Source: Lachnospiraceae bacterium (lineage in GTDB: Bacteria > Bacillota > Clostridia > Lachnospirales > Lachnospiraceae). Taken from it: a stretch of 64,000 nt of DNA. Of the stretch, positions 19,315-29,335 are shown piece after piece. A program made the position numbers and the translations under genes. Location: assembly GCA_035271185.1 (NCBI GenBank), contig DATERV010000174.1:7707-71706 (forward strand), written 5' to 3'. Position 1 is the stretch's first letter. Each line of letters starts with the position of its first letter. The notes under the pieces are model-generated. The model was not told where the DNA came from. It did no database searches and saw nothing but the letters and a program-made list of their open reading frames with translations.

Positions 19315-22182
19315 ATGATGCATCAGTTTACACTATTTGAGAATGGGAAAAGTGCAAGTTTCTACATAGACCCAGAAGCAGATGCAGGAGTCAGGAAAGT
19401 GGCCGGCACGGTACTGTCTGATTTTACTAAAGTGACAGGAAATAATGTCGGTTTACAGAATACCGACGCACTAAGCGGTGAGTATTGTGTTGTGTTTACC
19501 CAATATGGGAAAAGCAGTCTGCTTACACAGTTAGAACAAGTTGGTAGAATAAATCTTTCTGAAATAAAGGATAAATGGGAAGTTTACGGTTTCTATGTAC
19601 TTGATAATCCGTTTCCTGATGTGAAGAAAATGCTGGTCATCGTGGGCAGTGATAAAAGGGGGACTATTTATGGCATGTTCCATTTATCAGAACTGATTGG
19701 AGTTTCTCCTCTATGCTATTGGGGGGATGCCGTTATTCCATGTAAGGAAAAGCTTACTTTGTCGCTTTCAGATAGTGAGGTTACCAAAGAGCCTTCCGTA
19801 AAATACAGAGGATTCTTCATAAATGATGAATGGCCTTGCTTTGGAAACTGGTCAGCAGAGCATTTTGGCGGTTTTACAGCGGAAGCTTATGAACATGTAT
19901 TTGAACTTCTTTTAAGATTAAGAGGAAATTATCTGTGGCCTGCTATGTGGTCTTCTTCCTTTGCATTAGACGGTCCTGACACAGCCTCAGCTGAACTGGC
20001 AGATCTCTATGGTATTGTGATAGGTAATTCCCATCATGAACCCTGTCTACGTGCAAGTGAAGAATGGGACAAGGTCCGTGGTGAAAATAGTATATATGGA
20101 AATACCTGGAATTTCAGAACGAACAGAGAAGGCTTGCTAAAGTACTGGAAAGATGGCCTTAAGAGGAGTGCTGGATGGGAAAGCCTTGTAACTGTGGGCA
20201 TGCGTGGAGAAAGAGACAGCAAGGTATTGGGTGATAATGCCACTTTAGGCGATAACATTGAGTTATTAAAAGATATTATCCATTGCCAGAGAGAGCTGAT
20301 TCGCTCTGCTGAAAAGCATACAGGTAAAGAACTGCCCATGCTTCTTGCACTCTATAAAGAGGTAGAACCCTATTATTATGGGGATAACAATACAGAAGGA
20401 CTTTGCGACTGGGATGAATTACAGGATGTCATTTTAATGCTCTGTGAAGATAATTATGGCTATACCCGTACGCTTCCTGATGAAAAGATGAGAAAACATC
20501 CCGCAGGCTTTGGTATGTATTATCATTTGGATTATCATGGGAGTCCCATTTCCTATGAATGGATCAATTCAACACCCTTAACAAAGATTTGGGAACAAAT
20601 GTCACAAGCCTATGATTATGGCGTAAGACAGGTCTGGATCGTTAACGTAGGGGATCTTAAGCATAATGAGTTTCCTTTGAGCTATTTCATGAATCTGGCC
20701 TATGATTTTGAACAGTACGGAACAGAAGCACCAAACAATCAGAATGAATATACGCTGAGTTTTCTTACCAATCATTTTGGCGGAAGGTTACAACAGGAAC
20801 AGGTAATAGAGGCAGAATGGCTCTTATCTGAAACAGTACGTTTAAACAGTTTGAGAAGACCAGAAGCTTTGCATGAAGGGGTTTATCACCCTTGCCATTA
20901 TGATGAAACAGAGAGAATGTTAAAGAGAGCAAATGATTTATCTGCAAGAATGAAGCAGTTTCTGAAAGAAATTCCTTCTGATACGCAGGATGCCTGCTAC
21001 AGCTTGTTTGGCTTTCAAGCTTTTGCATCAGCCAATCTACTCAAACTTCATCTTTATGCCGGACTGAATCACTTGAAAGCAGCACAGGGGAGAAAAGAAA
21101 CAAATAAACTGGCTGGTCAGGTCAGAGATTGTATTTCAGAGGATAAGAATTTAGCAAAAGAATGGACAGAATTCAAGACCGGTAAGTGGAAAGGAATGGA
21201 GCTGGCCTCCCATATCGGCTTTACAAAGTGGAATGAGGATGGCTGCAAATATCCTGTCATGATGCAGGTAGAACCGTTTGGACGTCCACGCATGCAGGTA
21301 ACTGCTGTGGATGATGAGAGGGTTTATGATAAAGTATATGGGGCTCCCATGGTGCTTAAAATAAACGATTTTCTGTATGGCAGTAAGGAAGCCTTTATTG
21401 AGGTAGCCAATACTGGTGCGGACGAATTGCATTACCGGATTGAGATGCCGGATTGTAAGTGGCTTAGTATAGACAAGAAGCAGGGTGTAGTTTTAGACTG
21501 TGAAAAGGTGTGTTTTCGATTTGAGGAAAGCATGCTGACAGAAGAAGAGTCCTGCCAGATGGCGAGCATTACAGATGGAGAAACAACGGTTCAGATATTA
21601 CTTCAGGCAGCAAAAACGAAACAGGATCTACCTGCCATGACCTTTGTTACCGGGAAAGGCGGTTTTGTGATAGATGCCGGTCACTATTCCTCGAAAAAGG
21701 AACCGGAAGGATGCAGGATTCAATTGCTTTATGACTATGGTATTGCAGGCAGTGGTATAAAAGCATATCCAGATACACAGGATTTTCCTATGAGGATGGA
21801 ACCTTCTGTGAGTTATAGGCTTTATACAAAAAAGGCTGGCGAGTATACATGTGAAATCTGGTTTGCACCTACAAATCCGCTCAAGAGAAATGGTGAATTG
21901 ATCTATGGCCTTCGTGTAAATGGAGGAAGCGCAGTCTATGAGAATACTGTTCCTTCAGGGTATCAGGCTGGTGAAGCCGTGGACAGAGTTTGGAGTTTTG
22001 GAGCCCTTTCTCATCGAAGAATCTGTAAGGGGAAAATCAAGCTGACAGAAGGAATCAATGAAATAGAGGTGCTGTTAAAGGACGCAGGTCTTGTACTAGA
22101 ACGACTGTTTATTTATGAAGTACAAAAGCCACCCAAGGATTCCTACTTAGGGCCACAGGAAAGCCGGTATCAGAATGAATGA
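19315..22182 (+). CDS. GH115 xylan alpha-1,2-glucuronidase
   Basis: 955 aa. GSDKRGTIYGMFHLSELIGVSPLCYWGD and FINDEWP motifs typical of GH115. No signal peptide. Confidence 0.88.
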   Translation: MMHQFTLFENGKSASFYIDPEADAGVRKVAGTVLSDFTKVTGNNVGLQNTDALSGEYCVVFTQYGKSSLLTQLEQVGRINLSEIKDKWEVYGFYVLDNPFPDVKKMLVIVGSDKRGTIYGMFHLSELIGVSPLCYWGDAVIPCKEKLTLSLSDSEVTKEPSVKYRGFFINDEWPCFGNWSAEHFGGFTAEAYEHVFELLLRLRGNYLWPAMWSSSFALDGPDTASAELADLYGIVIGNSHHEPCLRASEEWDKVRGENSIYGNTWNFRTNREGLLKYWKDGLKRSAGWESLVTVGMRGERDSKVLGDNATLGDNIELLKDIIHCQRELIRSAEKHTGKELPMLLALYKEVEPYYYGDNNTEGLCDWDELQDVILMLCEDNYGYTRTLPDEKMRKHPAGFGMYYHLDYHGSPISYEWINSTPLTKIWEQMSQAYDYGVRQVWIVNVGDLKHNEFPLSYFMNLAYDFEQYGTEAPNNQNEYTLSFLTNHFGGRLQQEQVIEAEWLLSETVRLNSLRRPEALHEGVYHPCHYDETERMLKRANDLSARMKQFLKEIPSDTQDACYSLFGFQAFASANLLKLHLYAGLNHLKAAQGRKETNKLAGQVRDCISEDKNLAKEWTEFKTGKWKGMELASHIGFTKWNEDGCKYPVMMQVEPFGRPRMQVTAVDDERVYDKVYGAPMVLKINDFLYGSKEAFIEVANTGADELHYRIEMPDCKWLSIDKKQGVVLDCEKVCFRFEESMLTEEESCQMASITDGETTVQILLQAAKTKQDLPAMTFVTGKGGFVIDAGHYSSKKEPEGCRIQLLYDYGIAGSGIKAYPDTQDFPMRMEPSVSYRLYTKKAGEYTCEIWFAPTNPLKRNGELIYGLRVNGGSAVYENTVPSGYQAGEAVDRVWSFGALSHRRICKGKIKLTEGINEIEVLLKDAGLVLERLFIYEVQKPPKDSYLGPQESRYQNE

Positions 22183-22281
22183 TAGCAAAATATGAGAAGT
22201 AGTAAGCAAAGAATTATAGGAAGATAGGTAGAATTATTTGTATAGTTAAAATGGGGATAAGATACTATATAGGAGGATTTT

Positions 22282-24450
22282 ATGGATATCGTAGAGAACA
22301 AGAGAATACTGACGGAGTATAGAGAGCGGGCAGAAAAAATAATTTCTCAAATGACTTTAGAAGAGAAGGTTTCACAGACCTTAAACTGGGCACCCGCTAT
22401 TGAGAGATTAAATATTAAAGAATATAACTGGTGGAATGAAGCGCTACACGGCGTGGCAAGAGCGGGAATCGCCACTATTTTCCCACAGTCCATCGGATTA
22501 GCCGCTACTTTTGATGAAGATTTATTAGAAAAAGTAGCAGATGCCATATCCACAGAAGGACGCGCTAAATTCAACATGCAACAGAAGCATGATGATACAG
22601 ATATTTATAAAGGGCTCACTTTCTGGGCTCCCAATGTGAATATTTTCAGAGATCCTCGCTGGGGCAGAGGACATGAGACTTTTGGAGAAGATCCTTATCT
22701 GACATCAAGACTGGGCGTTCGCTTTGTAAAAGGTCTGCAGGGTCATGATGAGAAACATCTAAAATCGGCAGCCTGTGCGAAGCATTTTGCAGTACATAGT
22801 GGTCCTGAAGATGTGCGTCATCATTTTGATGCCATCACTAGCAAGCAGGATCTGTATGAGACTTATTTACCTGCATTTAAAGCATGTGTGCAGGAAGGTC
22901 ATGTAGAAGCTGTCATGGGTGCTTACAACAGAACTAACGGAGAGCCATGCTGCGGAAGTAAAGAGCTGTTACAGGATATTCTTAGAAAAGAATGGGGATT
23001 TGGGGGCCATGTTGTATCAGACTGTTGGGCAATCAAAGATTTTCATGAAGGTCATCATGTAACCAACACCCCGGTTGAGTCAGCTTCTATGGCAATGAAT
23101 AATGGCTGTGATTTAAACTGCGGAAACCTGTTCCACTACCTTCTTTTAGCAGTACAGGATGGAAGAGTGGATATTAACCGGTTGGATGAAGCATTGATTA
23201 ATCTGTTTACTACCCGTATGAAGTTAGGGGTAATGGAAGAAAAAGAAGAGAATGTTTTTGATCAGATTCCATATACAGTAGTAGATTCTAAAGAAATGCA
23301 GGAATTAAATCTTTCAGTGGCAGAAAAATGTGCGGTTCTGCTAAAAAATGAAAACAACCTGCTGCCTCTTGACAAAAAAGCTTATAAGACGATAGGTGTA
23401 ATCGGACCCAATGCCAATAACCGCCGTGCACTGGTGGGTAATTATGAAGGAACTGCTTCCCGTTATGTGACTGTTTTAGAAGGCATTCAGGATTATCTGG
23501 GAGACGATGTTCGTGTCATGACATCCGAAGGCTGTCATATGTGCAAGGACAAGGTTACAGGATTAAGCAGAGGAAATGAGCGTATGTCCGAAGTGGAGGA
23601 GATCTGTGCATACAGTGATGTCATTATCGCCTGTATGGGACTGGATTCCGGCTTAGAAGGTGAAGAAGGTGACGAAGGCAATGAATATGCAAGCGGAGAT
23701 AAGCCTAACTTAAATCTTCCCGGCTTGCAAGAGGAAGTGTTAAAAGCGATATACAACAGTGGGAAACCAGTTATCCTATTACTTTTGTCCGGAAGTGCTT
23801 TGGCAGTGAACTGGGCGCAAGATCATGTTCCAGCCATTATTCAGGGCTGGTATCCGGGAGCACTTGGCGGAAAAGCAATTGCCCGTATCCTGTTTGGAGA
23901 AAAGAATCCGGAAGGAAAGCTGCCTGTTACATTCTACAAATCAACAGAGGAGCTGCCTGAGTTTACGGATTATTCCATGAAGGGTAGAACTTACCGTTAT
24001 ATGAACCAGGAGGCTCTATATCCATTTGGCTATGGACTTTCTTATACAGATTTTACATTTAGTGAAGCAAAGGCTTCTATGGATATAGTTGGTGAAGAAG
24101 GGGTTGACATCAAGGTTAAGGTTACCAATACAGGAAGTATGGAGGGCACTGAGACTGTTCAGGCATATGTGAAAGCAGTTCCCAAACAGGATGTAGCCAA
24201 TGTACCTCATGTACAGCTAAAGGGTATCGTAAAATGTACTTTACAGCCAGGTGAAAAGAAAGAAGTACTGGTTCACCTACCCCAAGAAGCGTTTTCCTTG
24301 TATGATGAAGAAGGGAAACTCATGGTTTATGAAGGAGATTATCATGTTTATATCGGTGGACAGGGACCTGATGCAAGAAGCAGCAGCCTTACCGGAAAAA
24401 AAGTGATTGACATGAAATTTCAGGTGAATCAAACACTGCATTTGAAATAG
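22282..24450 (+). CDS. GH3 beta-xylosidase/beta-glucosidase
   Basis: WWNEALHGVARAG.ATIFPQSIGLAATFD, FRDPRWGRGHETFGEDP, nucleophile region GHVVSDCWA, C-terminal FnIII-like domain. Confidence 0.9.
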   Translation: MDIVENKRILTEYRERAEKIISQMTLEEKVSQTLNWAPAIERLNIKEYNWWNEALHGVARAGIATIFPQSIGLAATFDEDLLEKVADAISTEGRAKFNMQQKHDDTDIYKGLTFWAPNVNIFRDPRWGRGHETFGEDPYLTSRLGVRFVKGLQGHDEKHLKSAACAKHFAVHSGPEDVRHHFDAITSKQDLYETYLPAFKACVQEGHVEAVMGAYNRTNGEPCCGSKELLQDILRKEWGFGGHVVSDCWAIKDFHEGHHVTNTPVESASMAMNNGCDLNCGNLFHYLLLAVQDGRVDINRLDEALINLFTTRMKLGVMEEKEENVFDQIPYTVVDSKEMQELNLSVAEKCAVLLKNENNLLPLDKKAYKTIGVIGPNANNRRALVGNYEGTASRYVTVLEGIQDYLGDDVRVMTSEGCHMCKDKVTGLSRGNERMSEVEEICAYSDVIIACMGLDSGLEGEEGDEGNEYASGDKPNLNLPGLQEEVLKAIYNSGKPVILLLLSGSALAVNWAQDHVPAIIQGWYPGALGGKAIARILFGEKNPEGKLPVTFYKSTEELPEFTDYSMKGRTYRYMNQEALYPFGYGLSYTDFTFSEAKASMDIVGEEGVDIKVKVTNTGSMEGTETVQAYVKAVPKQDVANVPHVQLKGIVKCTLQPGEKKEVLVHLPQEAFSLYDEEGKLMVYEGDYHVYIGGQGPDARSSSLTGKKVIDMKFQVNQTLHLK

Positions 24451-24481
24451 AAAACAAGCAGGCAGTGTCCTGCTTGTTTTT
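24451..24481 (+). terminator. Rho-independent terminator after the GH3 gene
   Basis: Perfect 12-bp stem AAAACAAGCAGG / CCTGCTTGTTTT, loop CAGTGT, T-rich tail. Confidence 0.85.
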
Positions 24482-24509
24482 AATATCTAAAAAAGGGGCG
24501 GGCTTAGTT

Positions 24510-27500
24510 ATGAGGGAGAGTTTGTATATAGACGGCTGGCAGTTTTTGAAAACTGAGCTGGATACAGATATTAATACAATTAATGAATATAGTGAGCGAT
24601 TTGTAGAGGTAAGCCTTCCTCATGACTGGCTGATAGCTGACACAGAAAGTTTTTATGAAAACAGTATAGGATGGTATCGTAAGGAACTGAAAGTATCAGA
24701 CATAGAAGAGAGCTGTTTGTTCTTTCATGTGGGAGAGAGACTATATCTGCGTTTTGATGGTGTTTATATGGATTCCACTCTTTATATCAATGGTAGAAAA
24801 GCTATGGAGTGGAAGTATGGGTATTCAGCATTTGGTCTTGATATTACCGATTTTTTGACAGAAGACACCAATGAAATATTGCTAAAGGTAGTATATCAGA
24901 CACCAAATAGCAGATGGTACTCAGGAGCCGGAATCTATCGAAATGTATTCCTCAGGGTTCTTCCTGTATGCTATCTTCCCTATGATGGCACTTATGTTAA
25001 CATGAAGCAGGACGGAGAGGATTTCCTGCTGACAATCAATACGGAAATAGCTACCACACAGTACGGCATATTACATGGAGATGTCCAGTATTCACTGTAT
25101 AAAGATGATATTGAGATAGAAGATTATGGAGTACAGGATACACAAAGAGAAACCTCAAGCGGACTCATCATTGCAGAAAAAAGGATATGTGTCAAAAAAC
25201 CTGACTTATGGGATATTAACACCCCTAACCTATATCAATTACAGGTTAAGCTTTTACAGGCCGATGGAAGCATGCAGGATGTGGAGCGGATTTCATTAGG
25301 GTTTCGAACATTTGAATTTACAACTGATCATGGGTTCTTTATCAATGGAAAGCATTTAAAGCTTCATGGAGTTTGTGAACATCATGATTTTGGATGTCTG
25401 GGAGCGGCTTTTTCAAAAGCAGCATTAAAAAGAAAGTTTCGTATTTTAAAAGAAATGGGTGTAAATGCTGTCCGTACAGCTCATAATATGCCGGCTAAAG
25501 AATTTATGGATATTGCTGATGAAATGGGCATTTTAGTTATTTCAGAGGCCTTCGATATGTGGGAAAGACAAAAGACAGATTATGATTATAGTAGATTTTT
25601 TACAGAGTGGGCAGAAAAAGATGTTTGCAGTTGGATACGAAGGGACCGAAATCATCCAAGCCTTTTACTTTGGTCTGTAGGCAACGAAATCTATGATACC
25701 CATGCAGATAGTCATGGACAGGAAATTCTGAACAGACTGATTACCTATGTGAGGAAATATGATCCAAAGGAAAATGCATCCATTACCTTAGGGTCCAATT
25801 ATATGCCATGGGAAAATGGGCAGAAGTGTGCAGATATGGTAGAGGTTGCAGGTTACAATTATGGGGAAGAATGCTATGACGAGCATCATAAGCTACACCA
25901 TGATTGGATTATTTATGGAAGCGAGACCGCATCCATTGTCCAAAGCAGAGGAGTATATCATTTCCCCTATGAGCAGTCTATTCTTTCGGACGATGATGAA
26001 CAGTGTTCTGCTTTAGGCAATTCCACGACCAGCTGGGGAGCAAAAAGTGTGGAAAAATGTATTGCGGATGATAGGGATCGGGAATTTTGCCTGGGACAGT
26101 TTTTATGGTCTGGCTTTGACTATATTGGAGAGCCAACCCCATATCACACCAAAAATTCTTATTTTGGTCAGATAGATACAGCTGGATTTCCCAAAGATGC
26201 TTATTACATATATAAAGCAGAATGGACGGATGCCAAAACGGCTCCTATGGTACATCTTTTCCCCTATTGGGATTTTAATGGTGGGCAGCAGATTGATGTT
26301 CGCGTCTGTTCCAATGGGGATATGGTAGAATTATTTGTGAATGGAAGATCCCATGGGAAAAAAATATTGAATCATAAGTATGGAACCCAGTTTACTGCAA
26401 CTTATAAAGTACCATATGTACCCGGTGAGATAAAAGCATACGCTTATGATCAAAAGGGAAATATTATTGCGGAAGAATGTAGGCATTCGTTTACGGATGG
26501 TGTAAAGTTGGTTGCAAAGCCTGATAAACTTGTACTGAAAGGGGACGGCAGTGATTTATGTTTTGTTGAAATAATTGTGATAGATGCCAATGGTTATCCG
26601 GTGGAAAATGCCATGAATTATGTGAAAGTGGAAGTGAATGGAGCAGCTTTCCTGGCAGGATTGGACAACGGAGACAGTACTGATTATGATTCCTATAAGG
26701 GTACTGTAAGGAAGCTGTTTAATGGAAAGCTTTTAGCTGTAGTGCAAGCAAAAAAGGAAACCGGCTTAAGCAAGATACGAATAAGCGGTACAGGTTTAGT
26801 AGAAGCAGAGCTGACAATACCGGTAGAAAAACCGGATACTGAAAGTGGATATATTTTACCACATCTGGAAACCATTCCTTGCGTTCCATGTTTAAACAGC
26901 AGCAATATGGAGGAACAATTGCGTAAGCAGCCTGTGCGTAAGATTGCCCTTAGTAGTACGGAAGGCTGTACATTGACGAAATCAGTGTCTGAAACCATAG
27001 TAGAAGCAAAAATTTATCCAGAGACTGCATCCGATCATAATGTGAGCTTTATGGCTGTGAATGATGCAGGTATAGAAATTGATTATGTGAAAATCACCCC
27101 TATTGCAGATTATCCTAAACGGATTAAGGTAAAAGCTCTTGGAAATGGTACCTTTAGAATCCGATGTATGTCTAAAAGCGGTACAGATAAAGTGAAAATC
27201 ATCTCATCATTGGAATTTTTAGCAGTGGGCTTAGGAGCTGCCTATTTAGACCCATATAGGATGATTGCAGTGGGATTATACACAGAGACCATTGGTGAAA
27301 TCAGCAATGGGAATGAAAAGGGATTTGCAACTGCCAGAGAAGAAGAAAGTTGTGCTATTTTTACAGAAATTGATTTCGGACCAATCGGAACAGATGAGAT
27401 TACATTACCTATTTTTGCGTTGACGGATGCATCGTATACTTTTCAGATATGGGAGGGAAGGCCAAGCAGCAACAAGGAAAGACAGTTACTGGATGGCGTC

Positions 27501-27677
27501 TACCAGAAACCATCTATGTGGAACACCTATCAGCAAGAAACCTATCGCCTAAAAAGAAAAGTAAAAGGCATTACGGACCTTACTTTTGTATTTCATGATA
27601 AAGTCCATGTAAAAGGATTTGTGTGTAAAAAACCGGAACGTGCATGGGAAAATGTACCTACCGGGAAGTTAATTTAA
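24510..27677 (+). CDS. GH2 family glycosidase (beta-galactosidase-like; specificity unknown)
   Basis: Sugar-binding, Ig-like and TIM-barrel order with NHPSLLLWSVGNE (acid/base region). Long C-terminal extension. The track start at 24465 lies inside the upstream terminator; the in-frame ATG 24510 (MRESLYIDGWQF) is preferred. Confidence 0.85.
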   Translation: MRESLYIDGWQFLKTELDTDINTINEYSERFVEVSLPHDWLIADTESFYENSIGWYRKELKVSDIEESCLFFHVGERLYLRFDGVYMDSTLYINGRKAMEWKYGYSAFGLDITDFLTEDTNEILLKVVYQTPNSRWYSGAGIYRNVFLRVLPVCYLPYDGTYVNMKQDGEDFLLTINTEIATTQYGILHGDVQYSLYKDDIEIEDYGVQDTQRETSSGLIIAEKRICVKKPDLWDINTPNLYQLQVKLLQADGSMQDVERISLGFRTFEFTTDHGFFINGKHLKLHGVCEHHDFGCLGAAFSKAALKRKFRILKEMGVNAVRTAHNMPAKEFMDIADEMGILVISEAFDMWERQKTDYDYSRFFTEWAEKDVCSWIRRDRNHPSLLLWSVGNEIYDTHADSHGQEILNRLITYVRKYDPKENASITLGSNYMPWENGQKCADMVEVAGYNYGEECYDEHHKLHHDWIIYGSETASIVQSRGVYHFPYEQSILSDDDEQCSALGNSTTSWGAKSVEKCIADDRDREFCLGQFLWSGFDYIGEPTPYHTKNSYFGQIDTAGFPKDAYYIYKAEWTDAKTAPMVHLFPYWDFNGGQQIDVRVCSNGDMVELFVNGRSHGKKILNHKYGTQFTATYKVPYVPGEIKAYAYDQKGNIIAEECRHSFTDGVKLVAKPDKLVLKGDGSDLCFVEIIVIDANGYPVENAMNYVKVEVNGAAFLAGLDNGDSTDYDSYKGTVRKLFNGKLLAVVQAKKETGLSKIRISGTGLVEAELTIPVEKPDTESGYILPHLETIPCVPCLNSSNMEEQLRKQPVRKIALSSTEGCTLTKSVSETIVEAKIYPETASDHNVSFMAVNDAGIEIDYVKITPIADYPKRIKVKALGNGTFRIRCMSKSGTDKVKIISSLEFLAVGLGAAYLDPYRMIAVGLYTETIGEISNGNEKGFATAREEESCAIFTEIDFGPIGTDEITLPIFALTDASYTFQIWEGRPSSNKERQLLDGVYQKPSMWNTYQQETYRLKRKVKGITDLTFVFHDKVHVKGFVCKKPERAWENVPTGKLI

Positions 27678-27731
27678 TTTTATATAATTTTAATTTATCG
27701 GCTGATGTAGCCGAATATAGAGGAGGATAAT

Positions 27732-29312
27732 ATGAGTGTTATAGCAAAAAATCCAATTATGAGGGGATTTTACCCAGATCCATCAATTTGTGCAGTAGGG
27801 GAAGATTTTTACCTGGTAACTTCATCTTTTGCTTATTTTCCGGGCTTGCCCATTATGCATAGCAGAGATTTGGCCCATTGGGAGCAGATTGGTAATGTAC
27901 TGGATCGTGTATCCCAGCTGCCATTAACGAATGCCGGACTTTCGCAAGGCCTCTACGCACCAACGATTAGATATCATGAGGGAACCTTTTATGTGATCTG
28001 TACCAATGTATCTTTTGGCGGTAATTTTGTGGTGACGGCGACAAATCCAGCAGGACCATGGTCAGAGCCTCATTATATTAAAAATGCTGCTGGAATCGAT
28101 CCCAGTCTGTTTTTTGATGATGATGGCAAAGTTTATTATGTGGGAATGCGCGACAATCCGGAAGGGCTAAGGTTCTACGGAGATACCTGCGTATGGGTTC
28201 AGGAGTTGGATATTGAAAACTGGGTGTTGGTTGGTGAACCAGTTTATGTTTGGGACGGGGTACTGAAAGACATTGCATGGGTAGAAGCGCCTCATTTATA
28301 TAAAAAAGATGGCTGGTATTATCTCATGTATGCAGAAGGTGGAACCGGAGAGCATCATTGTGAGGTAGTCTGTCGCAGTAAAAATGTGTTTGGACCTTAT
28401 GAAAATAATTTCTGTAATCCCATTATTACACACAGGCATTTAGGAAAAGAATATCCAATCCAGTATGTAGGACATGCGGATTTAGTAGAAACAATTAATA
28501 AAGAGTGGTATATGGTGATGCTTGCCGTCAGACCATTTGAAGGATATACCCGTATGGGAAGAGAAACCTTTCTGGCAAAGGTTACCTGGGAAAATGACTG
28601 GCCGGTAGTAAATGCAGGAGTTGGCAGGCTCACTGATGAAGTTGAGATCAATCTAGCGGCTGATATACCCAAACAGATTACCCCAGGCTGTTCCTTATAC
28701 CCGGAAGTTAATGGGAAAGATGCCATTACATATGACTTTATGGATATGGAACAGATTCCGGCAGAATTTCTGTTTTTAAGAAATCCCAGTTCGGATATGT
28801 ACCAGTTAAAGAAGGGCTCTGGACTCGTTTTGAATGCCAATACCGGTACCATGAAGGATACTTCCAATACTGCTTACGTTGCTGTTAGACAGATGCATCA
28901 GAGCTTTTTATTAGAAACTCTCTTGCAGGCAGAGAACCTTACCGAAGGTATGACATGGGGGCTGGTTCTCATGCAGAATAACAACTATCAACTGAGGGCT
29001 GAAGTAAAAGAAGGTATCTTGCATATTGTTTTGTGTGAAAATGGTATAGATACTATTTTAGGCAGTCATAATTTGTTAAGTGCAACAGAAACAGTGGCAC
29101 TATATATCAAAGTGGACGGACTAAAGGCAGAAGCAGGGTTAGTGTCAGAAGGAAACAGAATCCCCATTGTAAAAGAAATTTGTATCAAGAGCTTTTCCAT
29201 AGAAGTGGCACAAGGTTTTGTCGGTTGTACGATGGGAATATATGCATCATTGAAAGATGATAGCAATAAAGGTGCTGTATATGTGAAGTACCTAACATAT
29301 GAAGGCTTATAA
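27732..29312 (+). CDS. GH43 beta-xylosidase/alpha-L-arabinofuranosidase with C-terminal beta-sandwich domain
   Basis: NPIMRGFYPDPSI (catalytic Asp region), EAPHLYK, GHADLVE. GAGGAGG SD. No signal peptide. Confidence 0.9.
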   Translation: MSVIAKNPIMRGFYPDPSICAVGEDFYLVTSSFAYFPGLPIMHSRDLAHWEQIGNVLDRVSQLPLTNAGLSQGLYAPTIRYHEGTFYVICTNVSFGGNFVVTATNPAGPWSEPHYIKNAAGIDPSLFFDDDGKVYYVGMRDNPEGLRFYGDTCVWVQELDIENWVLVGEPVYVWDGVLKDIAWVEAPHLYKKDGWYYLMYAEGGTGEHHCEVVCRSKNVFGPYENNFCNPIITHRHLGKEYPIQYVGHADLVETINKEWYMVMLAVRPFEGYTRMGRETFLAKVTWENDWPVVNAGVGRLTDEVEINLAADIPKQITPGCSLYPEVNGKDAITYDFMDMEQIPAEFLFLRNPSSDMYQLKKGSGLVLNANTGTMKDTSNTAYVAVRQMHQSFLLETLLQAENLTEGMTWGLVLMQNNNYQLRAEVKEGILHIVLCENGIDTILGSHNLLSATETVALYIKVDGLKAEAGLVSEGNRIPIVKEICIKSFSIEVAQGFVGCTMGIYASLKDDSNKGAVYVKYLTYEGL

Positions 29313-29335
29313 GGAATGCCAGAAAGGAAAAATTT

